Part shown: piece by piece, positions 1 to 7,706 of the stretch
Position numbering within the stretch: the first letter of the stretch is position 1
Layout of the letters: each line of letters begins with the position of its first letter
NCBI GenBank assembly: GCA_038214755.1
Contig: JBBQRQ010000103.1
Location: forward strand, 1-18,300
Length of the DNA: 18,300 nucleotides
From: Verrucomicrobiota bacterium
GTDB taxonomy: Bacteria; Verrucomicrobiota; Verrucomicrobiia; Limisphaerales; CANJXF01
Direction of reading: 5' to 3'
Notes under the pieces: generated by a model
Seen by the model: the letters and a program-made list of their open reading frames with translations, nothing else
Databases searched by the model: none
Told to the model about the DNA's origin: nothing
Program-made: the position numbers and the translations under genes

Positions 1-54
1 ATCTGCGAACTCGATTGGAAATTTCAGCGAGCACTCAAAGCAATGAGCCATCGG

Positions 55-1767
55 CTAAATTTTATCGCCCACAAATCTTGGGACGGGCGGATTTTCTTTG
101 AACCAGACGCGGTCAACCCAATCCCCAAAACGTTCGCAGTCATTGCGTTCGTGTTTGAAACGAGTCAACAGGGGGCGGAGTTCATTCCCGAGGTCATCGA
201 TTTTTACGCTCTCTTTCCAAAGTTGATTCAGGCGCGTGCTGGATTCGTTGCCGCCAAGATAAACCTGATATTTTCCGGGAGCGCGTCCGACGAAACCGAC
301 TTCGGCCATGTAAGGTCGCGCGCAACCATTCGGGCAGCCTGTCATGCGAAAAATAATTTCCTCATCCTGCAAACCGACTTCGGCCAGCAGTTTTTCCATC
401 GTGGTCAAAACGTCCGGCATGACTCGTTCGGATTCCGACAGCGAAAGCCCGCACGTCGGCAAAGCGGGGCAAGCGATGGAGGCGCGGCGAATCACGCTCG
501 CCTGGTTTTCGACGGCCACGCCATGCTCGGCCAGAAGATTTGAAATCGCTTCTTTGTCGGTCTCCTTGACGTTGACCAACAAAATATTTTGGGAAGCAGT
601 CAGGCGAAGCTCCGGTTCAAATTTTTCCGCGACGGCGCGCAAACCGCTTTTCAATCTGTAATTTGCCGTATCTTTGATGCGCCCGTTTTCAATGAACAAA
701 CCGAGAAACCAATTTCCGTCGAGTTGTTTTTGCCAGCCGTAAATGTCGCCTTGCCTGGTGAATTTCATCGGACGCGCCGGTGCAAATTTGAAACCGACGC
801 GGGACTCCACTTCGCCGCGAAACCATTCCACGCCTTTTTCTTCGATCACATATTTCAGCCGCGCATGTTTGCGATTGGTGCGGTCGCCGAAATCGCGATG
901 CACCGTGACCACCGCTTTCGAGGCTTCCACCAATTTTTCCGCAGTGAGAAATCCAATGACATCCGCCATGCGTGGAAAAGTTTGCGCGTTGCCGTGGCTC
1001 ATGCCCATGCCGCCGCCCGCGAGCAGATTGAAGCCAAGAAGTTTTCCGTTTTCGATAATCGCGACGTAACCCAAATCGTTTGTAAAAATATCGATGTCGT
1101 TCAGTGGAGGAATGGCAAACGCCACTTTAAATTTTCGTGGCAAATAAGTTTTGCCATAAAGCGGATCAACGAAATTTTTATCCTCTTCGGTCAATTTCAA
1201 CTCCACGCCTTCCACCCAAATCTGATGATAAGCGCGGGTCTTCGGCAGCAACGCATCAGAAACTTTTTTCGCATGAGCTTGAATTTCATCCACGACGTCG
1301 TTCGTCGCCGGAGTGGGTGGGGCCATGACATTTCGGTTCACATCGCCGCACGCCGCGAGTGTTGTCGCCATCGCGTCATGGATTCCACGCATGAAGTTGC
1401 CCAAACCACTTTTCACGACACCATGAAACTGGAAACCTTGCCGCGTCGTGATGCGCAGCGTGTTGTTGCCGTAGTTCGAAGCGAGCCGGTCAAAGCCGAG
1501 ATAGACTGGCGATTGCATCACCCCGCCGGGCAACCGTCCGCGCACCATGAAAATATATTGCTTGGCGATCTTGCGCTTATCGCGATCGTCCTGTTGATAA
1601 ATTCCGTGAAATTTCAAAAACTCGTAATCATCTTCGGAAAATCGTTCCGCATTCGGGTCGGCCAAGGTTTGCGCAATCGTTCCTTCCAACAACGGATGAG
1701 CGGCTTTCAGCCCCTCATTTCGCGTGAGGGGCTTGACTGGATTGGGCGTTTGGATTGTTGCAATCAT
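55..1767 (-). CDS. cysI: Assimilatory sulfite reductase hemoprotein (siroheme/[4Fe-4S]) subunit, CysI/Sir family, 570 aa
   Basis: Motifs KFHGIYQQDDRD, LRITTRQ, ACGDVNRN, YLPRKFK and the Cys ligand motifs CPALPTC and GCPNGC. Start set at ATG 1767 because the ORF-track extension to 1884 runs through the promoter and a REP element. Confidence 0.93.
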   Translation of the reverse strand: MIATIQTPNPVKPLTRNEGLKAAHPLLEGTIAQTLADPNAERFSEDDYEFLKFHGIYQQDDRDKRKIAKQYIFMVRGRLPGGVMQSPVYLGFDRLASNYGNNTLRITTRQGFQFHGVVKSGLGNFMRGIHDAMATTLAACGDVNRNVMAPPTPATNDVVDEIQAHAKKVSDALLPKTRAYHQIWVEGVELKLTEEDKNFVDPLYGKTYLPRKFKVAFAIPPLNDIDIFTNDLGYVAIIENGKLLGFNLLAGGGMGMSHGNAQTFPRMADVIGFLTAEKLVEASKAVVTVHRDFGDRTNRKHARLKYVIEEKGVEWFRGEVESRVGFKFAPARPMKFTRQGDIYGWQKQLDGNWFLGLFIENGRIKDTANYRLKSGLRAVAEKFEPELRLTASQNILLVNVKETDKEAISNLLAEHGVAVENQASVIRRASIACPALPTCGLSLSESERVMPDVLTTMEKLLAEVGLQDEEIIFRMTGCPNGCARPYMAEVGFVGRAPGKYQVYLGGNESSTRLNQLWKESVKIDDLGNELRPLLTRFKHERNDCERFGDWVDRVWFKENPPVPRFVGDKI

Positions 1768-1771
1768 CAGC

Positions 1772-1797
1772 GGAAAACTAAGGTTGCTTAGTTTTCC
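1772..1797. promoter_or_regulatory. Perfect 11-bp inverted repeat GGAAAACTAAG-gttg-CTTAGTTTTCC just upstream of cysI; candidate operator
   Basis: Read directly. It ends 4 bp before the cysI ATG and lies downstream of a perfect TTGACA on the minus strand. Confidence 0.6.
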
Positions 1798-1817
1798 TTC
1801 GTTGGAGTATTTGTCAA
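1790..1817 (-). promoter_or_regulatory. Putative sigma70 promoter of cysI
   Basis: TTGACA at 1817-1812 (minus strand); only a weak -10 (AAAACT) at 16-bp spacing, inside the palindrome. Confidence 0.4.
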
Positions 1818-1854
1818 ACGGTTTTAAATCCGAAAGATTCCTAGCGCAGAAATC

Positions 1855-1962
1855 GTAGCGCAGGTTTTTAACCTGCCGTATCACAGGTTTGCAACCTGTC
1901 GGACATCGCCAGTGCCAGCCGATTGCAAATCGGCGATACAGCAGCTTGCGAAGCTGCGCTAC
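1855..1962. repeat. GTAG-type REP-like doublet, two hairpins per arm
   Basis: GTAGC-GCAGGTTtttAACCTGC-CGTATC-ACAGGTTtgcAACCTGT ... GCCGATTgcaAATCGGC-GATACA-GCAGCTTgcgAAGCTGC-GCTAC. Same architecture as 16858-17008. Confidence 0.85.
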
Positions 1963-1975
1963 GGTTTAATGTGCC

Positions 1976-2003
1976 TTGCGAATCAATCGGTGAAGTTTAG
2001 AGT
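1976..2003 (+). promoter_or_regulatory. Possible sigma70 promoter of the cysteine desulfurase gene (very short leader)
   Basis: TTGCGA-16 bp-TAGAGT ending 12 bp before ATG 2016; pattern match only. Confidence 0.3.
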
Positions 2004-2015
2004 GACGAAGTTTTT

Positions 2016-3278
2016 ATGACTCAGCAGAAAATTTTTTATTTCGATAACAACGCGACCACGCGAATCGCGCCGGAGGTAGTCGATGCGATGATTCCATTTT
2101 TAAAAGAGTATTGGGGCAATCCATCCAGCGCGTATCATTTTGGTTCGCAAGTTGGCAAACACGTCGAAGCCGCCCGTGAAAAAGTCGCCGCGCTGATCAA
2201 CGCCGATCCGAAAGAAGTCGTCTTTACCAGTTGCGGAACGGAAAGTAATAACTCGGCGATCCACAGCGCGCTGATCACTCAGCCGAAAAAGCGGCACGTG
2301 ATTACGACCGCCGTTGAGCATTCCGCCAACATTAATTTTGGCGAGTATTTGCAGAAGCAGGGATATGAAGTCACGTTTCTGCCAGTTGAACCGGACGGTT
2401 CGCTTGATCTTCATCTGCTCGAAAAATCCATTCGCCCCGACACCGCGATTGTTTCAGTCATGTATGCCAATAACGAGACCGGCGTTGTTTTTCCGATTGA
2501 AGAAATCGCCGCGATTTGTCGCAGCAAAGGTGTTTTGTTTCACACCGACGCGGTGCAGACCCCTGGAAAAATTAAGCTCGATGTAAAAAATCTCGGTTGC
2601 GATTTTCTTTCGCTCTCCGCGCACAAACTTCATGCGCCAAAAGGAATCGGCATGCTCTACGTGAAACGCCGAACGAAATATCAACCCTACGTCATTGGCG
2701 GACATCAGGAACGGGGCAAACGCGGCGGGACGGAAAACGTCTCGAACATCGTGGCGTTCGGTCGCGCGGCGGAACTGGCGATGGATAAATTAGGCGAAGA
2801 AAATACCCGCGTTCGCGCGCTCCGGGATCGTCTCGAAAACACCATCCTTACCACCATTCCAAATACGATTCGCAACGGCGCGAAAGAACCGCGTCTGCCG
2901 AACACGACGAATATCGCATTCGAATTTGTCGAAGCCGAAGCCATTTTGTTGCTGCTTGATGGGCTGGGCATTTGCGCTTCGAGCGGCTCGGCCTGCACGA
3001 CGGGTTCGCTCGATCCGTCTCATGTTTTAATGGCGATGGGCTTGAGTCCGATGCGCGCGCGCGGCTGCGTCCGATTCAGTCTCGGCATTTATAATACGGA
3101 CGAAGAGGTCGAATATTTGTTGAAACATTTGCCGGTGATTATCAAACGGCTGCGCGATATCTCGCCGCTGAACAATGATCATCGCGACAACGACAAATAC
3201 GACATCGAAGCCGCCCGGCAAAAGCATGAATTGGATTTGGCTGAAGCGCTGGCGGAAAAAGATGAGCAGGCGGCGTGA
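2016..3278 (+). CDS. nifS: Group I cysteine desulfurase (NifS/IscS family), PLP-dependent
   Basis: YFDNNATT, GNPSS, NNETG, HTDAVQ, SAHKLH (PLP Lys) and SSGSACT (catalytic Cys, group I signature). Confidence 0.93.
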   Translation: MTQQKIFYFDNNATTRIAPEVVDAMIPFLKEYWGNPSSAYHFGSQVGKHVEAAREKVAALINADPKEVVFTSCGTESNNSAIHSALITQPKKRHVITTAVEHSANINFGEYLQKQGYEVTFLPVEPDGSLDLHLLEKSIRPDTAIVSVMYANNETGVVFPIEEIAAICRSKGVLFHTDAVQTPGKIKLDVKNLGCDFLSLSAHKLHAPKGIGMLYVKRRTKYQPYVIGGHQERGKRGGTENVSNIVAFGRAAELAMDKLGEENTRVRALRDRLENTILTTIPNTIRNGAKEPRLPNTTNIAFEFVEAEAILLLLDGLGICASSGSACTTGSLDPSHVLMAMGLSPMRARGCVRFSLGIYNTDEEVEYLLKHLPVIIKRLRDISPLNNDHRDNDKYDIEAARQKHELDLAEALAEKDEQAA

Positions 3279-3320
3279 GTCGGATCGGTTGATTCGTTTT
3301 TGGAAATGGGATTTGACTCG

Positions 3321-3490
3321 AAGTCCGAAAGCCGAATCCCCGAAATCCGAAAGAAATCCGAAATCCGAACTCCGAAAAAAACTTCGGGCCAGCGAATAGA
3401 AAAGTGCCTTGCGAGCCGAATAATTCCGCAGCGCTCTCGGCCTTCGGGTTTCGGATTTCTTTCGGATTTCGGCTTTCGGCTTTCGGATTT
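3321..3490. repeat. Inverted-repeat element with arms built of AAATCCG-like heptamers
   Basis: Left arm 3321-3369 and right arm 3443-3490 are near reverse complements, and both contain the same irregular break CCGAAAGAAATCCGAA. Confidence 0.85.
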
Positions 3491-3543
3491 AATCCAGTTG
3501 ATTCCCACCATTCGCCCTCCAGAATGAAATCGATTTCAAGCTT

Positions 3544-5934
3544 TTGAACTGGATCGTAAAAAACCTTTGGCTGATTCCAGTCCTGCCGCTGGTAGCCGCA
3601 GGTTTAAGTGCATTCTTAAAACAATCGCAGCGTCGGCTCGCCGCTTCATTGGCGATTGGCGCATTGGCGATTTCGTTTCTTCTGTCGTGTTGCGCGTTTG
3701 CCTCGACCTTGCACGCGCCGACTCACGGTGAAATTTTTCGCGAATTCCAAAATTTCACCTGGCTGCAATTTGGCGAAAGTTCGTTGCGCCTCGGCTGGGT
3801 TTTCGATCCGCTCACCGCGATCATGCTAGTGATGGTGACGTTCGTCGGGCTTTTGATTTTCATCTACAGCATCGGCTACATGGCGCACGACGAAAATTTC
3901 ACGCGTTTCTTCTGTTTCCTCGCGCTTTTCGCCGCCGCCATGCTCGGCATCGTCATCGCGAACAATCTGCTGCTGCTCTTCATCTCGTGGGAATTGGTCG
4001 GTCTTGCGTCCTATCTGCTGATCGGTTTTTGGTATCACAAACCGAGCGCGGCGGCGGCGGCGAAAAAAGCATTCATCACCACGCGCATCGGCGACATCGG
4101 ATTTTTCATCGGAATGCTTTGGCTTTATTCGCAAACCGACACGCTGCTTTTCTACGACAACGGCAACGGCTGTCTTGAAGCAACTGCGCTCACAAAATTA
4201 ATTTTCACAACAACGCTCGGCGGCATGGCGGTTTCAACGGCCATCGCGCTTTTGATTTTCTGCGGCGCAATTGGAAAATCCGGCCAAGTCCCTCTGCACG
4301 TCTGGTTGCCCGATGCGATGGAAGGTCCGACACCCGTCAGCGCGCTCATCCACGCGGCAACGATGGTTGCGGCGGGCGTGTTTCTCGTGGCGCGAGTTTT
4401 TCCGTTGATGTCTGTGACCGAATATCAGCCGCAGGCAATCATTCAAGTCGCCGGACAAAATGCCGAAACCCTCACCCCAGCCCTCTCCCTTTCCGAAAGG
4501 GAGAGGGAGAATCATTCAACGGTTTCGGGAGAATCGAAGATCGTTGAACAACCCCCAATTCAGAAAACAGAATCACAGAACGACGATAAAACAGACGCTC
4601 TCGAAAAATCCAAAGCGCCGAAAACAAGTCTCCCTCTCCCCGGGGGAGAGGGCCGGGGTGAGGGCGAGCGTTTAAAAAATCCAATCTCACCAAACTCGAT
4701 TTCAACCGCGCTCCAAGTCGTCACTTGGATCGGTGCCATCACCGCCGTTTTCGCCGCGCTCATCGCCGTCGCGCAAACCGACATCAAACGCATCCTCGCT
4801 TACTCCACCATTTCCCAACTCGGCTACATGATGATGGGTCTCGGCGTCGGGGGCGTCGCGATTGGAATGTTTCATCTGATCACGCACGCCTTTTTCAAAG
4901 CGCTTTTGTTTTTGGGTGCAGGTTCGGTCATTCACGGTTGCCACGAAGAACAAGACATCCGGCGCATGGGCGGTTTGAAGAAATTTATGCCCGTGACGTT
5001 CGCCACTTACGCCATCGGTATGATGGCACTGAGCGGCGTCCCGCTATTTTTTTCCGGCTTCTGGAGCAAAGACGAAATCCTCCACGCCGCGCACAATTGG
5101 CCGGCTTCACAAATTCCATTTTATCTCGCGGCATTCGGCGCGTTGCTCACCGCGTTCTATATGACGCGCCAGGTTTGCTACGTGTTTTTCGGAGATCGTA
5201 GGAGCCGACGTGAGGAGGCTCATTCTAACGCGGAACGCGGAATGCGGAACGCGGAATTCAAGTCAGAGCCTCCTCACGTCGGCTGCTACGAGACGCAAGT
5301 TCCGCACGAAAGTTCGTCCGTCTTGACTGTGCCGCTAGTCATCCTTGCCGCGTTCACCATTCTGCTCGGCATCATCGGCACTCCCGCCTGGCCGTGGTTT
5401 GAAACGTATTTGTCCGGTCATCACGTCACATTCGATTTCGCTCGGCTACTCGAATGGGAAACACTTTCAACGATGTTGCTCTCAACCGTCATTGTTGCCG
5501 TTGGAATGGGTCTCGGGTTGAAAATCTATTTTAAAATTTCACTTAACTCGGCTGAAGAACCCGATCCGCTGGAAAAAATCCAGCCAAGCATTTTCAATCT
5601 GCTTCGCAATAAATTTTTCATCGACGAACTTTACGCGAAAACAATTCTGCGCCTGAACGCGACTCTCACAAAATTTGCCGATTGGCTGGATCGCGCCGTT
5701 TGGGGCGGAATAGTCAAAGCGTTCTCATCGCTCCCCGTCGGCCTCTCGTGGTTCAGCCGCACCGTGGATGAAGAAGTTGTGAATCTCGGATTCAATCACG
5801 GCTGCGAATCCGTGCGCGACTCTTCTCGCATTCTGTCGCGAATTCAAAATGGCAAAGTTCAAAACTATCTACGCTACATCGGCGTCGCGCTCGTCGTTCT
5901 TGTTTTCGTTCTGATTTGGGGGTGCCGCTCGTGA
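3544..5934 (+). CDS. nuoL: NADH-quinone oxidoreductase subunit L (antiporter-like), 796 aa, with two repeat-derived loop insertions and a long C-terminal helix
   Basis: SWELVG, KAFITTRIGD, GKSGQVPLHVWLPDAMEGPTPVSALIHAATMV, DIKRILAYST, HAFFKALLF, FWSKDEI and C-terminal QNGKVQNY; TTG start. Confidence 0.92.
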   Translation: MNWIVKNLWLIPVLPLVAAGLSAFLKQSQRRLAASLAIGALAISFLLSCCAFASTLHAPTHGEIFREFQNFTWLQFGESSLRLGWVFDPLTAIMLVMVTFVGLLIFIYSIGYMAHDENFTRFFCFLALFAAAMLGIVIANNLLLLFISWELVGLASYLLIGFWYHKPSAAAAAKKAFITTRIGDIGFFIGMLWLYSQTDTLLFYDNGNGCLEATALTKLIFTTTLGGMAVSTAIALLIFCGAIGKSGQVPLHVWLPDAMEGPTPVSALIHAATMVAAGVFLVARVFPLMSVTEYQPQAIIQVAGQNAETLTPALSLSERERENHSTVSGESKIVEQPPIQKTESQNDDKTDALEKSKAPKTSLPLPGGEGRGEGERLKNPISPNSISTALQVVTWIGAITAVFAALIAVAQTDIKRILAYSTISQLGYMMMGLGVGGVAIGMFHLITHAFFKALLFLGAGSVIHGCHEEQDIRRMGGLKKFMPVTFATYAIGMMALSGVPLFFSGFWSKDEILHAAHNWPASQIPFYLAAFGALLTAFYMTRQVCYVFFGDRRSRREEAHSNAERGMRNAEFKSEPPHVGCYETQVPHESSSVLTVPLVILAAFTILLGIIGTPAWPWFETYLSGHHVTFDFARLLEWETLSTMLLSTVIVAVGMGLGLKIYFKISLNSAEEPDPLEKIQPSIFNLLRNKFFIDELYAKTILRLNATLTKFADWLDRAVWGGIVKAFSSLPVGLSWFSRTVDEEVVNLGFNHGCESVRDSSRILSRIQNGKVQNYLRYIGVALVVLVFVLIWGCRS
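4469..4664. repeat. CCCTCACCCC/CCCTCTCCC-type palindromic element inside nuoL
   Basis: Ends CCCTCACCCCAGCCCTCTCCC and GGGAGAGGGCCGGGGTGAGGG are inverted; internal hairpin at 4481-4507 (12-bp stem); the reading frame stays open. Confidence 0.85.
5196..5291. repeat. GTAG-type REP-like doublet inside nuoL (96 bp) with a heptamer-repeat spacer
   Basis: 26-bp arms 5196-5221 and 5266-5291 with 1 mismatch; spacer contains (AAYGCGG)x4 at 5227-5254. Confidence 0.9.
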
Positions 5935-7481
5935 ACGAATCGTTTTTCATCACGCTTTTGACCTTCACTCCCTTTTTAGGCGGACTTCTAATTTTAACTT
6001 TCAAAAAAGAAGACAAAAATCTGGCGCGCACATTCAGCATCATCTTCAGCCTCCTCCCCGCGCTCGGCGTTTTCGTGCTGTGGAATAAATTTTCTCCCGC
6101 CAACGCGAATCTCCAATTTGTCGAACGCCACCTATGGATTCCGTCCCTCGGTATCGAATATTTTGTCGGCATCGACGGCATCGGTTTGCTCATGGTGCTG
6201 CTGACCACCATCGTCATTCCATTCGCGCTTTTCTCGACGAACCATGAAATCGAAAATCCCCGGCTCCATTTCGCGCTCTATCTATTTCTGCAAACCGGAC
6301 TATTCGGAACTTTCACCGCGCTGAACTTTTTCCATTGGTTCATCTTTTGGGAACTCAGTTTGGTTCCCGCATTTTTCCTGATCAAACTTTGGGGCGGACC
6401 CCAACGAACACGCGCCGCATATCAATTCTTCGTTTACACCTTGGTTGGCAGCGTCGCGATGCTCCTCGCGTTTCTCGCAATCTATTCTGCGACCGGCACC
6501 TTCGATTTTATTCGACTCGCAGAATTGGCGCGCTCCGGCGATCTCAAAACCGCAATCTCAATCGGGTTAACCTGGGGAAATTTTTCCGCCGACAAAATCT
6601 TGTTTATACTTTTCCTTGGCGTGCTGCTGGGTTTCGCCGTGAAAGTTCCGCTCTTTCCATTTCACACCTGGCTGCCCGCGACTTACGCCGAAGCGCCCAG
6701 CAGCGTTTCGATGACCCTGACCGGCGTGATGTCGAAAATGGGCGTATATGGTTTCCTGCGAATCCTGCTCCCCATTTTTCCCGAGCAAATGCGCGTCGCC
6801 TTGACGCCGCTCCTCTGGCTCGCCGTCGCCACGATTATTTTTTCCGCCTACGCCGCCTTCGCCCAAAAAGATCTGAAACGCATCCTCGCTTATTCCTCCA
6901 TCAACCACCTCGGCTATTGCCTGCTCGGATTATTTGCCGTGATGAAATTTACCGAAGGAAATTTGCTGAATGAAAAAGCTGCCGCGCTCAACGGCGTGAT
7001 CCTGCAAATGTTTAATCACGGCATCACCGCCTCCGCGCTATTTTGTTTTGTGGGAATTTTGGAAAAACGCAGCGGCGGAATTCGCGGCTTGAACGATTTC
7101 GGCGGCTTGCGAAAAGTCGTCCCGGTTTTCTGCGGGTTAATGGGCAGCTCAATTTTCTCATCGCTCGGTTTGCCGGGATTGAACGGCTTTGTCGGCGAAT
7201 TCTTAATTTTCAAAGGCGTGTTCTCGCTCGCAAGTTGGGCCGCCGCGATTTCAACGCTCGGCCTGCTCATCACCGCGATTTTCCTCCTGACCATTTTGCA
7301 AAAAGTTTTCAGCGGCCCCGTGAATCAAAAGTGGATTGGCTTCTCCGATTTAACCACCGCCGAACGCCTCACCGTCGCGCCTGCGATCGCGTTAATGTTC
7401 GTGCTCGGATTCTTTCCGCAGATTTTGATTGGCGTAATCAACCCAACGGTTTTGGGAATGTTAAAACGGTTCAATTTTTAG
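5931..7481 (+). CDS. nuoM: NADH-quinone oxidoreductase subunit M, copy 1
   Basis: GIDGIG, FWELSLVP, FAVKVPLFPFHTWLP, SKMGVYG, DLKRILAYSS, LGLPGLNGFVGEF; GTG start overlaps the nuoL stop (GTGA). Confidence 0.9.
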   Translation: MNESFFITLLTFTPFLGGLLILTFKKEDKNLARTFSIIFSLLPALGVFVLWNKFSPANANLQFVERHLWIPSLGIEYFVGIDGIGLLMVLLTTIVIPFALFSTNHEIENPRLHFALYLFLQTGLFGTFTALNFFHWFIFWELSLVPAFFLIKLWGGPQRTRAAYQFFVYTLVGSVAMLLAFLAIYSATGTFDFIRLAELARSGDLKTAISIGLTWGNFSADKILFILFLGVLLGFAVKVPLFPFHTWLPATYAEAPSSVSMTLTGVMSKMGVYGFLRILLPIFPEQMRVALTPLLWLAVATIIFSAYAAFAQKDLKRILAYSSINHLGYCLLGLFAVMKFTEGNLLNEKAAALNGVILQMFNHGITASALFCFVGILEKRSGGIRGLNDFGGLRKVVPVFCGLMGSSIFSSLGLPGLNGFVGEFLIFKGVFSLASWAAAISTLGLLITAIFLLTILQKVFSGPVNQKWIGFSDLTTAERLTVAPAIALMFVLGFFPQILIGVINPTVLGMLKRFNF

Positions 7482-7515
7482 AATCATGGATAAACCCGAA
7501 CTCCAAAATAGCGAT

Positions 7516-7664
7516 GGGGAGCGCACGCGGCCCGCGTGCTGGTTTGGGCGGCTCGCCCTAACCTTCGTTTCGCATTTTTCACCTTGTTTCCGGTCCGAGC
7601 AAATTTGTGAAACGAGGTTTTCGGCGACCCGCCGAAAACTGCACGCCAGCGGCGTGCGCTCCCC
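7516..7664. repeat. GGAG-type REP-like doublet between the two nuoM genes
   Basis: Ends GGGGAGCGCACGC and GCGTGCGCTCCCC are inverted; each arm has two hairpins, e.g. GCACGCGG-c-CCGCGTGC and GTTTTCGGCG-acc-CGCCGAAAAC. Confidence 0.85.
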
Positions 7665-7706
7665 TGGCGCAGACAAAATGCCTGCGCTCCATTGCCGATT
7701 CTAACC

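Noticed and set aside
1..54. Possible tail of a neighbouring gene
   Set aside because: Too short to assign a frame or product.
589..1791. 400-aa plus-strand ORF (and 43..543)
   Set aside because: Antisense shadows of cysI with no recognisable motifs.
1768..1884. 39-aa N-terminal extension of CysI in the ORF track
   Set aside because: It runs through the promoter palindrome and starts inside a REP element; ATG 1767 is more plausible.
1855..1962. Multi-hairpin element as a tRNA or riboswitch
   Set aside because: No D/T-loop consensus or CCA, and a second copy in an unrelated context has GTAG/CTAC ends typical of REPs.
3175..3527. Short ORFs with SE/RNPK-type repeats
   Set aside because: They are translations of the heptamer inverted element, which lacks stops in several frames.
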